Of a stretch of DNA of 33,451 nucleotides, positions 20,676 through 32,480 are shown in pieces (the stretch's first letter is position 1; each line of letters begins with the position of its first letter). Origin of the DNA: Perkinsus chesapeaki ATCC PRA-425 (lineage: Eukaryota > Protista > Perkinsozoa). The stretch is taken from the NCBI GenBank assembly GCA_013115145.1, contig JAAPAO010000392.1, positions 1 to 33,451 on the forward strand, given 5' to 3'. The notes beneath the pieces are model-generated. The model saw nothing but the letters and a program-made list of their open reading frames with translations, was not told where the DNA came from and did no database searches. Position numbers and translations under genes: made by a program.

Positions 20676-22211
20676 TTAGGCATTCTCAACATCAACAACC
20701 TTAACAGAAGCATCACCGCTTGCTGCTGCCTTCTTACTGCCATATCTTCTGTTGAAGTAGGCCTGGATCTCCTCGAAGGTCTTACCCTTAGTCTCTGGGA
20801 TGAAGACTAATACGAAGACTATCATAACCAAACAGACAACAGCAAAACTCCAGAAGACACCCTGGTAGGTAATCGCCTGTCTGTAGTCATCCAAGAACAT
20901 AGTAACAATCCAGGAGAAGAACCAGTTAACACCAGTAGCAATAGATGCGGATAAACCTCTCACTTCGTTGGGGAAAATCTCGGCCATAATCAACCATGGG
21001 ATAGCACCAACGCCGATGGAGAAGGAAGCAATGTAAAGGAAGGCGGCGAAAATAGCCAACCAACTAACATTGTTACCATTAACATCATCAAGGAAGAAGA
21101 AAACACCCAACAAGATAGCTGCGATACACATTCCTGCGGCACCAGCTACGAGGAGAACTCTTCTACCAGCCATATCCATGATAAGGCAAGCAATTAGGGT
21201 TACAACAACCTGAGCGGCCATGACAGCAAGGGCCATGGCCTCCTTATTATCAAGACCAGCAGCTTGGAAGATGGTAGTCTGGTAGAAGATAACAGCGTTA
21301 ATACCGGACAACTGCTGGAACACCTGTAGAGCGATACCGATGAACAATTGCATCTTGCATTGTCCGAGGGCATGAAGAGACCAGGAAACACTTTCTTTCC
21401 AGGTGTTCTTAGCGTTCTTGGCGTTGTGAGCAGCAGCCTCCTCGTAAGCCTTGACCTCCTCCATGATCTCAGGATCCTCCTCAACGGACTTGGAGCCACG
21501 CAGTCTCAATAGAACTCTTTTGGCGGCATCGGCACGGTTATGCTCAGCCAACCAACGAGGGGACTCGGGGACAAAGAACATGCAGATACCCAAGAGGGCA
21601 CTGGGGATGAGGTAGATCCAACTGACGGTACGCCACTGGCAGAAGGTACTGTCAGTAGCATTAGGATCAGTAGAACCAGCATCAGTCCTGAAGCCCAAAC
21701 CAAGAGCGTAAGCAAGGAGGATACCAATAGTGATAGCAAGCTGGTTGCAAGCTCCTAAAGCACCACGAATGGCAGTTGGAGAAACCTCACCAATGTAAGT
21801 GGGAGCAACGACGGATTCGATACCGACGACGAAACCAACGAGAACACGGGCGAACAACAACTGCCAAGCGGTGTGAGCCAAAGCTTGCCATACGTAAATT
21901 AAAAGAAAGAATGGAGAGCAGCCGAGCAACACCCACTTCCTGCCAAACTTCTCAATCAGGGGACCACCCAAAAGGATAGCACCACCCATGGCACCAAGGT
22001 TAACCAAGGAACCGAAAAGAGAACCTTCAGTAGAGGTATCAAACACGTACAAGTGATCATCAGGACCAATCTCAATCGGGATACCATCAGCAGTAGTTAC
22101 ATTATTCTGCATAGTATCGATGGTCTGACCAGTAAAACCTAGAGTAAGACCGAACATGAGTGGTCCCAGCAAACACGCTGCCACAGAGAGTATTGCACAG
22201 ATATACTTCAT
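20676..22211 (-). CDS. MFS sugar porter copy 2, 511 aa
   Basis: Same sugar-porter motifs; closest to copy 1. Confidence 0.97.
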   Translation of the reverse strand: MKYICAILSVAACLLGPLMFGLTLGFTGQTIDTMQNNVTTADGIPIEIGPDDHLYVFDTSTEGSLFGSLVNLGAMGGAILLGGPLIEKFGRKWVLLGCSPFFLLIYVWQALAHTAWQLLFARVLVGFVVGIESVVAPTYIGEVSPTAIRGALGACNQLAITIGILLAYALGLGFRTDAGSTDPNATDSTFCQWRTVSWIYLIPSALLGICMFFVPESPRWLAEHNRADAAKRVLLRLRGSKSVEEDPEIMEEVKAYEEAAAHNAKNAKNTWKESVSWSLHALGQCKMQLFIGIALQVFQQLSGINAVIFYQTTIFQAAGLDNKEAMALAVMAAQVVVTLIACLIMDMAGRRVLLVAGAAGMCIAAILLGVFFFLDDVNGNNVSWLAIFAAFLYIASFSIGVGAIPWLIMAEIFPNEVRGLSASIATGVNWFFSWIVTMFLDDYRQAITYQGVFWSFAVVCLVMIVFVLVFIPETKGKTFEEIQAYFNRRYGSKKAAASGDASVKVVDVENA

Positions 22212-23416
22212 TAGAAATTAATAATATGGAATAAACTGGAAAACAAGTAGTGAAGGAAGGACTTTATTAACAACCCTGTGTTTGCCCCGTCTTAAAGACT
22301 GTGCTGATGCATAAGGCGAACAATTGTAGTGAAAATCACTACTAAGCCTAGCACTATGATCTATAAGCTTGTGCAGCATTTGTGTCTTTTTTAGCTATTG
22401 TACCTGTCCCAATGGGACAAGTAATACACAATTGATACGAATAATACGTAGCGGACCATCCACTACGGTCCTTGAAGGCAGTTTCAATCCAGCTTTACGA
22501 GTGACGAGAGCCCGTAAAATCTCTATCCGTTGTCATCGAATATTCCCTGAGGCACAGTACTGGAGGCAGCTTCATTGCCGCGTATTTTGAAACGTGTAAA
22601 AGATGCATGAGATTCCTCCGCTGAGTATGAATTGACCAGCCTATCGCAAGCAGGTCAATAAATGCGACAAGCGTACGCTACTCGGGTAACCCGAGTCGGG
22701 TTAGGCAAAGAAGTTCACAAGTCACAATTCTCAGTGCTAATAGTTTCACTGATAACTGCAATCTTAGTGGTCCGCCAAAGAATGGATGAAGTGTTGTATG
22801 ATATACCACTTGTAACACTATGTAACCTATTACGAGTCTAAAGAAGGAAGATCGGTACGCTTAGAATAATGAGCCCTTGCATGTCATTCTTGGAACCTCT
22901 ATCTAAGAGAAGAACATTAGCTGTCGTTAACAGCGTTTCCTGAGTAATCACGAAAAAACTCTTCAACAGCAATGTTGCCACCAACACTCCAGATGTACTT
23001 GAGATATTAACTCAGTCCTGTTCACTCCACGACTAATCAAAACACAACGCTAGATGAAATCAAGACGGGTAAGAGCGATGCTCGATTGATCTGGTAGGAT
23101 TTGAGTCTTTACCAATAAAGGGAGGAAAAAATTTAGCAGTAATTCTCTTAATATAATCAGTATAAAGTAGGCACCGTACATAATCAGTAGATGAACCGAA
23201 TGACTTCGGTCACTACAAAAACATAGAATATAAAGCTATAGATATCGATTAGATAAACTTGTATTCAAGTTACTAAGGTTGCTGTGCCGAGATGAATCTC
23301 CCGCGGCACAGTACCAGTAGCCTTGACGAGATATAATAAATAGAGCAAATCTCTGCCACCAGGGCATTCTACCATACATAAAAGCGCTTAGTTATATCAC
23401 CCAAGCACTAAACAAT

Positions 23417-25054
23417 TTATATAGCCTGGTCGATCTTTTGTTGGTCAGCTGCTGACGGTGATACAGTAGCTACGGAGACTTGATGCTCCGTGCCTTCAGC
23501 GGAAGAACCGCGTTGGACCTTGCCATTATCAATGGACGTCTCCTTCTTTCCCTTCCGCTTCTCCAAGCACTGGCAGTTGACGACATTACCGGCGTTGAAG
23601 TAGGCCTGAATTTCTTCGAATGATCTGCCCTTAGTCTCAGGCACGAACACTATGACGAAGACAGCCAAAACGAAGCACATAACAGAGAAACTCCAGAACA
23701 CGCCCTGGTAGGTGATTGCTTTCCTGTAATCATCCAAGAACATAGTGACAATCCAGGAGAAGAACCAGTTAACAGCGGTAGCGATTGAACTTGCAAGACC
23801 TCTCACATCATTGGGGAAGATTTCGGACATAATAAGCCACGGAATAGCACCAACACCGATAGAGAAGGAAGCAATGTACAAGAAGGCACCAAGCAAGGCG
23901 CACCAGGATATATCCTTACCATCTACGTACTGATAGAAGAAGAATACAGCAAGGAAGTTGGCGGCAATGCACATACCAACAGCACCCAACACAAGTAGGA
24001 ACCTTCTACCAGCCATATCCATAACAATACATGCAATAACAGTGACAATAGTCTGTACTGCCATAACAGCAAGGGACATTGTCTCTTTGTTATTCAAGCC
24101 AGCAGCTTGGAAGATGGTAGTCTGGTAGAAAATAACAGCGTTAATACCGGATAACTGTTGCAATATCTGCAGCACGATACCGATGAACAATTGCATCTTA
24201 GCGTGTCCAAGTGCATGCCAAGCCCAAGCAACACTCTCCTTCCAGTTATCCTTGGCGTTCTTGGCGTTCTCCTCGGCTTCGGCTTCATAAGCCTTGACCT
24301 CTTCCATAATCTCAGGATCTTCGTCAACTGTCTTTGATCCACGTAACCTCAACAACACCCTCGTGGCAGCGTCGGCACGGTTATGCTCAGCCAACCAACG
24401 AGGAGACTCGGGAACGAAGAACACGCAGATACCAAGAAGAGCACTAGGAATCAGATAGATCCAGCTAATATCACGCCACTGGCAGAAAGTATCCGACTCT
24501 ACATTGGGATCGGTAGAGCCAGCATCAGTTCTGAAACCAAGACCAAGTGCGTACGCAATCAGAATACCTATGGTAATTGACAGCTGGTTACAGGCACCAA
24601 GAGCACCACGAATCTTAGTAGGTGAAACCTCACCAATGTAAGTAGGTGTTACAACAGACTCGACACCGACAACGAAACCGACAAGCACACGCTCGAATAG
24701 CAACTGCCACGAGGTGTGCGCTAGAGCCTGCCACACGTAGCAAAGCAAGAAGCAGGGAGAGCAACCGAGCAAAACCCACTTTCTGCCAAACTTCTCAATC
24801 AGGGGACCACCCAAAAGGATAGCACCGCCCATGGCACCGAGATTAACCAAGGAACCGAAAAGAGAACCTTCTGTACTATTAGAGAATACCCAAAGATGGC
24901 CATCTGGTCCGATCTGAACCGGTGTACCATCACTCAAGGTGACAGCATTTTGCATAGTATCAATAGTTTGACCGGTGAAACCAGATGTCAAACCGAACAT
25001 AAGGGGTCCAAAAAGGGACGCGGCAACAGATATAATGGCGCAAAGATACTTCAT
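23417..25054 (-). CDS. MFS sugar porter copy 3, 545 aa
   Basis: Same motifs; subgroup 1-3 loop LRLRGSKTVDEDPEI; longer C-terminal tail. Confidence 0.97.
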   Translation of the reverse strand: MKYLCAIISVAASLFGPLMFGLTSGFTGQTIDTMQNAVTLSDGTPVQIGPDGHLWVFSNSTEGSLFGSLVNLGAMGGAILLGGPLIEKFGRKWVLLGCSPCFLLCYVWQALAHTSWQLLFERVLVGFVVGVESVVTPTYIGEVSPTKIRGALGACNQLSITIGILIAYALGLGFRTDAGSTDPNVESDTFCQWRDISWIYLIPSALLGICVFFVPESPRWLAEHNRADAATRVLLRLRGSKTVDEDPEIMEEVKAYEAEAEENAKNAKDNWKESVAWAWHALGHAKMQLFIGIVLQILQQLSGINAVIFYQTTIFQAAGLNNKETMSLAVMAVQTIVTVIACIVMDMAGRRFLLVLGAVGMCIAANFLAVFFFYQYVDGKDISWCALLGAFLYIASFSIGVGAIPWLIMSEIFPNDVRGLASSIATAVNWFFSWIVTMFLDDYRKAITYQGVFWSFSVMCFVLAVFVIVFVPETKGRSFEEIQAYFNAGNVVNCQCLEKRKGKKETSIDNGKVQRGSSAEGTEHQVSVATVSPSAADQQKIDQAI

Positions 25055-26738
25055 ATGCCTTTGGGTCTTAAAGTAAGCTTATAAAAAACTGAAGGAACAT
25101 CAATAACAACTCACATAATACAATGATCAACGCTCATCGACAAGATCGCTGAAGCAAATTTTCGAATGAGAGAAGAAAGTATTGTGAACGCTTATGCTTT
25201 GCCAACAGGAATTCGGAATGAACACTAGCGTGGACGCTTTTTAGCGTGTCCCTAGGGGTTGCACAAATACAAGATCTCTTGTCATCCTTAGCTTGTGTTC
25301 GAATTGTCTCTTTCAAGTGCTTATTCTCCAATACACACCGTAATTTATTCGAGCGGTAGCAATAGGCAGTATCCACAAGGTTACGACTGTGCAGGCCTTG
25401 CATCGTGGCAGCGTCAACTGCCGTCAACAGATACGGTAACTATACGGTATTTAACACATAACAACTACGGTCTCAATTCATATTGTACGACGATGATGAA
25501 TTTTGTAGAGAGCGAATGCTACGATAGAGAGTCTTGGACGGGAAACGCTCTTCGTGGTTAGACAACCCTACTCGTTTCGAATAACTGTAGGAGAGAACGA
25601 CAAAAAGTCATACAAAAGCGGAGTGGGCAATAACTTAGCCTGCACCTAACTAGGTAACAGGTTTTCATCGGTCCTAATAGTCAATGACGAAATTACAGCT
25701 GAAATTGAGTTATATTTTATATAAAACCTTTAAATACTAACCACACTTCTTGAGTCAAGACTTGAAATGAAGACCAATGAAGGTCTCGACTTGACCAACA
25801 AGATATGTGCATAATCCGCCCATTGGGAGGGCTAGTCGTTGCGCCAAGAAGTCGGCGGCTGCTGTCGGGCAAGCATATCCCCCCACCGACCAGACGGTCA
25901 TGGCTAATACCAGTAGCCTATTAAAAACACAATGTCCAGAAGGCACGCGACGTGAAGAGAGAAGGATAAGGTTTGCTTAACCAGATGCACTGGCTATTCT
26001 CAGAACGGAAGATGAGAAACAGCTATAAATTTTGTACATAAGTAGTGTGTAAACAGTAGTAATCTACAGTGGCTAATCAGGAAGAACCAATACACTCAAT
26101 ATAATTGGATAATTCAATAATCATGAGCAGCTTAGTACAGCCAGCGGTGCAAAGACAAGTGACAAATGTCGCAAAAGAAGGAACTACGACACGTAAGGGT
26201 GCCACAAATAATAAAGGTCATCAACCTAAAATTGCACTGTGAAATGGAACTGCCGTTGATAACCGTCAGATAAGGACTACAGCAAGCCACTAGGGGCAAT
26301 ACGCAGCAAATAGGATTTCATCCATCATGACAAGCTGCGACTTTAGATAAACCACTACGAGAGTGGTGATCGAATAAATCCCAAAACAATCCTCAATACG
26401 AATCTGTTTAGTAGTGCATACTCTTCATCCACAATCAATTGCTATAATACTGTTCCGATACAACATAAACTTCCCAAAAGCCACAGTAATACAAGGCTTG
26501 ACGGCACAGTCGGCCTACCATAAACAATGTTACTATTGCTTCATTATTGATGAATATAGAGTCTTCAACTCATTCACCATAATAAAACATTCGCTTGAAG
26601 AGACATCAAAATGAGCAACTCATTCGGCGACTGCAGTGGAGGGCATAAGATTAAAAGTCGTCTAGCTGCAACCTGTAGTGAAATCTACTTCTAAGAGTCT
26701 CGAGCACGTACAGGACGTACAGCCCTCGAACCGAAAAT

Positions 26739-28400
26739 CTACTTAGCCGTAACAGCGGGGCTTGTCGCAACGGGGCTTGTTACAGCACGGCTTGTGGCCA
26801 CGGGACTAGCGGTGGCAGCGCGGCTTGTCGAGATAGGACTCGGAGAGCTATCACTAGACGAAGAGCTTCCACTGCTTTCCTCGAGAGACGAGGAACCCTC
26901 TTTGGGTTGCTCGGTCTTGTTAGTGTGATGAGTATGATATTTCCTATCGAAATCAGCTTCAATCTCCTCGAAGGATTTGCCCTTAGTCTCGGGGATGAAG
27001 AACAGAACGAAGAAGATCATAACCAGGCAGATGAAACCGAAACTCCAAAAGACACCTTGGTAGGTAATGGCCTTTCGGTAATCATCCAAGAACATGGTGA
27101 CGATGAAAGAGAAAAGCCAGTTAACAGCAGTGGCGATGGCGGCAGCGTTACCTCTCACCTCGTTGGGGAAGATTTCGGACATAATAAGCCACGGAATAGC
27201 ACCAACGCCGATAGCGAAGAATGCAATATAGCAGTAAGCTGAAGCCAAGGCCAACCAACCGACGTTGGTCAATCCGGTGACATCCTGGAGGTAGAAGAAG
27301 AGACCCAACATCCAAGCAGAGATACACATACCGGTAGCACCGATAACAAGGAGAACCCTTCTGCCAGCGAGATCCATAATGCAGCAAGCAATGAAGGTAA
27401 CTACGACTTGAATTGCCATACTCACCAGAGCCATGGTCTCTTTGTTGCTGATACCGGCAGCCTGGAAGATGGTGGTCTGGTAGAAGATGACGGCATTAAT
27501 ACCAGACAACTGCTGACAGATCTGCAGTACAACACCGATGACAACCTGAATCCAGTACTTGCGTAGACCAGTCATAGCATCATCAAAGCGCTCCTTCCTA
27601 GTCTGTCCAGCCTTGGCCTTTGCGGCCTCGACTGTGGCCTCATAAGCTCTGAGCTCTTCCGCAACCTCCGGGTCGTTTTCATCAGTGCCGTGGAGCCTCA
27701 ATAACACTTTCTTAGCAGCATCCAAACCACGGTGCTCAGCGAGCCAACGAGGAGACTCGGGGACAAGGAACACGAGAATACCCAAAAGACCAGAAGGAAT
27801 CAGATAAATCCAACTGACATCACGCCAGTTGCAGAAGGTCTGACTGGTTGCATTGGGATCCGTCGAGCCTGCGGCGGTTCTGAACCCCATACCAAGAGCG
27901 TAGGCAATAAGGATACCGATTGTGGTTGACAGCTGGTTGGCAGCACCGAGAGCACCACGAATCTTAGTGGGGGAAGCCTCGCCAATGTAGGTAGGACCGG
28001 CAACAGACTCAACACCAACAACTATACCCACTAGAACACGATTGAACAGTAGCTGCCATGAGGTATGAGCCAAAGCCTGCCATAGATATAGAAGGATGAA
28101 GCATGGAGAGCAACCAATAAGACACCACTTCCTGCCGAAAGTATCGATGAGGGGGCCTCCAACGAAAGCTCCTACCATACCACCGATATTAACGAGCGAA
28201 CCATAAAGAGAGACATCACTAGATGATTTTAGCACCCACAAGTGGTCATCAGGGCCGATCTGAATAGGTGTGCCATCAGCGGTAGTAACAGTGTTACCCA
28301 TGGTATCAATGGTCTGACCAGTGAAACCAGAAGTGAGACCGAACATTAGCGGTCCCAAAAGCACTGCGCCGACTGAGAGCACAGCACAAAGATACTTCAT
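26739..28400 (-). CDS. MFS sugar porter copy 4, 553 aa, Ser/Thr-rich tail
   Basis: Same motifs; subgroup 4-6 loop LRLHGTDENDP...LRKYWIQVVIG. Confidence 0.97.
   Translation of the reverse strand: MKYLCAVLSVGAVLLGPLMFGLTSGFTGQTIDTMGNTVTTADGTPIQIGPDDHLWVLKSSSDVSLYGSLVNIGGMVGAFVGGPLIDTFGRKWCLIGCSPCFILLYLWQALAHTSWQLLFNRVLVGIVVGVESVAGPTYIGEASPTKIRGALGAANQLSTTIGILIAYALGMGFRTAAGSTDPNATSQTFCNWRDVSWIYLIPSGLLGILVFLVPESPRWLAEHRGLDAAKKVLLRLHGTDENDPEVAEELRAYEATVEAAKAKAGQTRKERFDDAMTGLRKYWIQVVIGVVLQICQQLSGINAVIFYQTTIFQAAGISNKETMALVSMAIQVVVTFIACCIMDLAGRRVLLVIGATGMCISAWMLGLFFYLQDVTGLTNVGWLALASAYCYIAFFAIGVGAIPWLIMSEIFPNEVRGNAAAIATAVNWLFSFIVTMFLDDYRKAITYQGVFWSFGFICLVMIFFVLFFIPETKGKSFEEIEADFDRKYHTHHTNKTEQPKEGSSSLEESSGSSSSSDSSPSPISTSRAATASPVATSRAVTSPVATSPAVTAK
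26742..26880 (-). repeat. low-complexity degenerate ~15-nt coding repeat in the copy 4 tail
   Basis: GGCTTGT recurs on the + strand. The region encodes SSGSSSSSDSSPSPISTSRAATASPVATSRAVTSPVATSPAVTAK. Confidence 0.7.
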
Positions 28401-29933
28401 TGGTAACTAGAACCGTCAATAAGGAACAAACCTGAACACATCTTTCATTATGGAATCGAGGCCTCCATTCCGCCCAAAGAGGATTCTTCCGAGCGTCCCT
28501 TTTTTCGCATCCTTATTCAATAACTACTACCCTACGCAGACGGTCATCACTCATTTATTTTCCACGCTAAAATTACACAGAATCGCGATGAGGTTATTTA
28601 AGTCGTGTTTATGTATATTCATATTCAACGAATTGCTAAAAGGCCACGCGAACATGCTACACCACCGCGGAAAGTTTAAGTCACATGGTTTCGACGCTAA
28701 AGCAGTCAAATAAAGAGCCCGAGGAGAAATTTCCGCATTCACGAGGCTGAGTCGAAGGGGACAGCACCGACACAACGCCATAGCTGAAGCTCAGGAGGTA
28801 CAGACCTCAGCAAGACTAAACTATAATAAGACATGATTAACGTAATGCACTCCAATAACGATGTGTTGTCAATAAAGGCGACATTATGTAGTCGATAACC
28901 GCATCGTATTCGGAGTTTCAAAATCGGCCTTTGAAAGTAACACAGTTCTGTGACGTACTATTGTTTTACGTACTGGGACCTATACAGAGTTACTATCTAG
29001 AGCTTGTAATGAATACTCAACGTCTCCTACACGCAGATCGACATTTCGAAAGTTAGCTATGCTCCACGCGCGTTTCGAAACTTAAAACTATTGCTCGTGA
29101 TCCTCGCCTACTTTCAACTCAAAACAAATTATGTAGCAGATCGAGTACTAGAAACTTCGAGTAGCGAGGTAAGGACTTCACCTCAAACTGGTTACAGTGG
29201 GTTGCTTTCTACCAGCGTCATCCTGCTAGATACAACACGTGCTCCACGGGTTGGATGGAAGTAGGAATCCGCGATAACGAGCTAGGCAAGCCGACTGAAG
29301 TACGGCAAGGAAAAGCTCAGGAGTTACAGACAGAGGCGGTTAATATTTCCAAAGCTTGTCACTCACCTCAAATGCAACTGAACGAGCCAATGATAAAATA
29401 CAATACGAAATGCAGACCAATTTCAGCAAATCCACAGCAGGAAGGACAGGATGCATTACAAAGCGCACCTCCGTCATTGGACTTTACAACCGTTACCATG
29501 TAGTGTGAACGGACTACTGATGGAGCCTACTGTGAATCCGATGAAATTGACAGAGTACAGTAGTAATCACGAATATACCCTAGACCACTACAGGCCTCTC
29601 AAGCACTTCGCGAAGCCACGTATCAGTTACAGTAGGTGTAACAGTACTGGCGATTTATATAAAGTAGTCGCAATAGCAAACTACTGAAGTATAAAATAAG
29701 GAACAACAATAACGTTTTACGAGGCGGCGGCTGCAACCGCGATAAAACAGAAGCCACCACCAAGTGTATAGTTACAACGGAGTTCTTCAATCCACGACAC
29801 CAGTTGTGGCCGGTGTGCAGTTACTAGGAATGGTGATAAAAGTATGCAGTAGTTCACGTGTTACACGATATTAGAGTTCTTATACTGAGGGGCGACTTGA
29901 GAATAGGCGCATTCCTCTTAGAGATGAACATAC

Positions 29934-31472
29934 TTATACTTCTACGCTAGTAGTAGGGCTCGACTCTGATGCGGAGGTCTTCTCAACCTTGGCAGCATGC
30001 TTCCTGTGATACTTCTTGTCAAACTCAGCCTCAATCTGCTCGAAGGATTTACCCTTAGTCTCCGGAATGAAGAAGATGACGAAGAAGATCATGACCAGGC
30101 AGATGAAACCGAAACTCCAGAAGACGCCCTGGTAGGTAATGGCCTTTCTGTAGGCATCCAAGCACATGGTGACAATGAATGAGAAGAGCCAGTTAACAGC
30201 AGTGGCGATGGCGGCAGCGTTGCCTCTCACCTCGTTGGGGAAAATCTCGGACATGATGAGCCACGGGATAGCACCAACACCGATGGAGAAGAACGCAATG
30301 TAGCAGAATGCGGAAGCCAAGGCCAACCAGCCGACGTTGGTCAATCCGGTGACATCCTGGAGATAGAAGAAGAGACCCAACATCCAAGCAGAGATACACA
30401 TACCGGTAGCACCGATAACAAGGAGAACCCTTCTGCCAGCGAGATCCATAATGCAGCAAGCAATGAAAGTAACTACAACCTGCACGGCCATGGTAACGAT
30501 GGCCATAGTCTCTTTGTTGCTAATACCGGCAGCCTGGAAGATGGTGGTCTGGTAGAAAATGACGGCATTAATACCAGACAACTGCTGACAGATCTGCAGT
30601 ACAACACCGATGACAACCTGAATCCAGTACTTGCGTAGACCAGACATGGCATCGTTGAATCGCTCCTTCTGGGTCATGCCAGACTTGGCCTTCTGAGCCT
30701 CGACAGTTACCTCATAAGCCTTTAACTCAACGGCAACATCCGGATCATTCTCATCAGTACCGTGCAATCTAAGGAGAACCTTCTTGGCAGCCTCCAAACC
30801 CTTGTGCTCGGCAAGCCAACGGGGGGATTCGGGGACGAAGAAGACCAAGAGGCCCAATAGACCAGACGGGATCAGATAGATCCAACTAACATCACGCCAG
30901 TTGCAGAAGGTCTGACTGGTTGCATTGGGATCAACGGAGTTGGCGCTAGTCCTGAAGGCCATACCCAAAGCATAGGCAAGAAGAATGCCAATGGTAACAG
31001 CCAACTGATTGGCAGCACCAAGCATACCACGAATCTTAGTCGGGGAAGCCTCACCAATATAGGTAGGGGCGGCAACAGACTCAACACCAACAACAATACC
31101 AACGAGAACACGCTCGAAAAGTAGCTGCCATGAGGTATGAGCCAAAGCCTGCCACAGGTAACACAAGATGAAGCACGGAGAAGTACCAATGAGGCACCAT
31201 TTACGTCCGAACCTATCGATGAGAGGGCCACCGATGAAGGCACCGAACATGGCACCAATGTTGACAAGGGAACCGAACAAGGAGGACTCACCGGAGCTGT
31301 GGAAGACCCACAAGTGGTCATAGTCACCAATCTCAATAGGGGTACCATTGGCAGTGGTAACACTGTTACCCATGGTGTCAATAGTCTGACCGGTGAAACC
31401 AGATGTGAGACCGAACATAAGTGGCCCCAGCAGAACCGCTGCAACGGAGAGTATAGCACAAGCGTACTTCAT
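29934..31472 (-). CDS. MFS sugar porter copy 5, 512 aa
   Basis: Same motifs; subgroup 4-6. Confidence 0.97.
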   Translation of the reverse strand: MKYACAILSVAAVLLGPLMFGLTSGFTGQTIDTMGNSVTTANGTPIEIGDYDHLWVFHSSGESSLFGSLVNIGAMFGAFIGGPLIDRFGRKWCLIGTSPCFILCYLWQALAHTSWQLLFERVLVGIVVGVESVAAPTYIGEASPTKIRGMLGAANQLAVTIGILLAYALGMAFRTSANSVDPNATSQTFCNWRDVSWIYLIPSGLLGLLVFFVPESPRWLAEHKGLEAAKKVLLRLHGTDENDPDVAVELKAYEVTVEAQKAKSGMTQKERFNDAMSGLRKYWIQVVIGVVLQICQQLSGINAVIFYQTTIFQAAGISNKETMAIVTMAVQVVVTFIACCIMDLAGRRVLLVIGATGMCISAWMLGLFFYLQDVTGLTNVGWLALASAFCYIAFFSIGVGAIPWLIMSEIFPNEVRGNAAAIATAVNWLFSFIVTMCLDAYRKAITYQGVFWSFGFICLVMIFFVIFFIPETKGKSFEQIEAEFDKKYHRKHAAKVEKTSASESSPTTSVEV

Positions 31473-32480
31473 GAGTAACTTAAATAAACAGTTGAATGAG
31501 AACTACAAAGGCCCTTTTTGGCACCACGAACCCCACACAATGGGAAAGCGCAAATCACACATCATAGAAGATGCAGAACAACTCAACATATGATACCACA
31601 CGCAACTAGAAACTTCGAAGTAGAAACGAACAACGGGGCTTAACGCCGCTTAAGACGATCACTCTGCCTGCTAGCGACGGCCTTACCATCACCTTCAAAA
31701 GAAAACGAAGATGCTTTCTACCATGGCCCTCTTTCGTATCCGACAAAATGACACACGTGCTCCACGCGTCAAGCGAAACAAGAGGGAACGATAATCAGCA
31801 AAGCAGAACAGAGTCATAACCAATCAAAGGCGAGTCAGCCTTAACACGAGAAAAACCTCAATTTCGAGGCTAATCTTGGAAGCAGTTGAATCGACCGAGC
31901 ACATCATATAAATATAAACCGCGGTTAGATACGAAGTAGAACTTCAATACTAGCTGCTGATTCCCACATATAGGCGACTGTTTAACATACGATGTCGAAT
32001 AGTCACCAGAGGGGGTATGCTGCCACGATAAACTAAATGAGGCCGCAGTGGGGCGATACTACTCTAGGGGTTTAAGAGCAATCGCAAACACTGTATATAC
32101 CAATATAAATAGTATTTAATGAGGATCCAGATGGATCAGACGAAGCTGCCATACGGCAGCTACGGCGCAAGGAACGGTCTCAACAGTACTGGCCGATCAT
32201 ATAAAATAAAGGACACATGTAGTGCCACAATAATATAGACCACTGGAATGATTTAAGAGTACCACAGCCGACATAACATTGTACCGGGAATGGAGCAATG
32301 CAAAGTCATAACACATATAATTACAATAGAATTCAGGGGTCTACAGCAACACCGACGTTCAGTAATACAAGCCTATGACGAACTTTTTATAAAGCCACTA
32401 GAGCGTATGAGATAATTATAGTCATCGTTGCAGCTAGAGGTGTTTCACAGAGACACCTAGCCCGTAACCGTTTATTAAAC

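Noticed and set aside
25755-25946. 63-aa minus-strand ORF with a signal-peptide-like stretch in spacer 3-4
   Set aside because: Non-ATG start, short length and no paralog or splice support.
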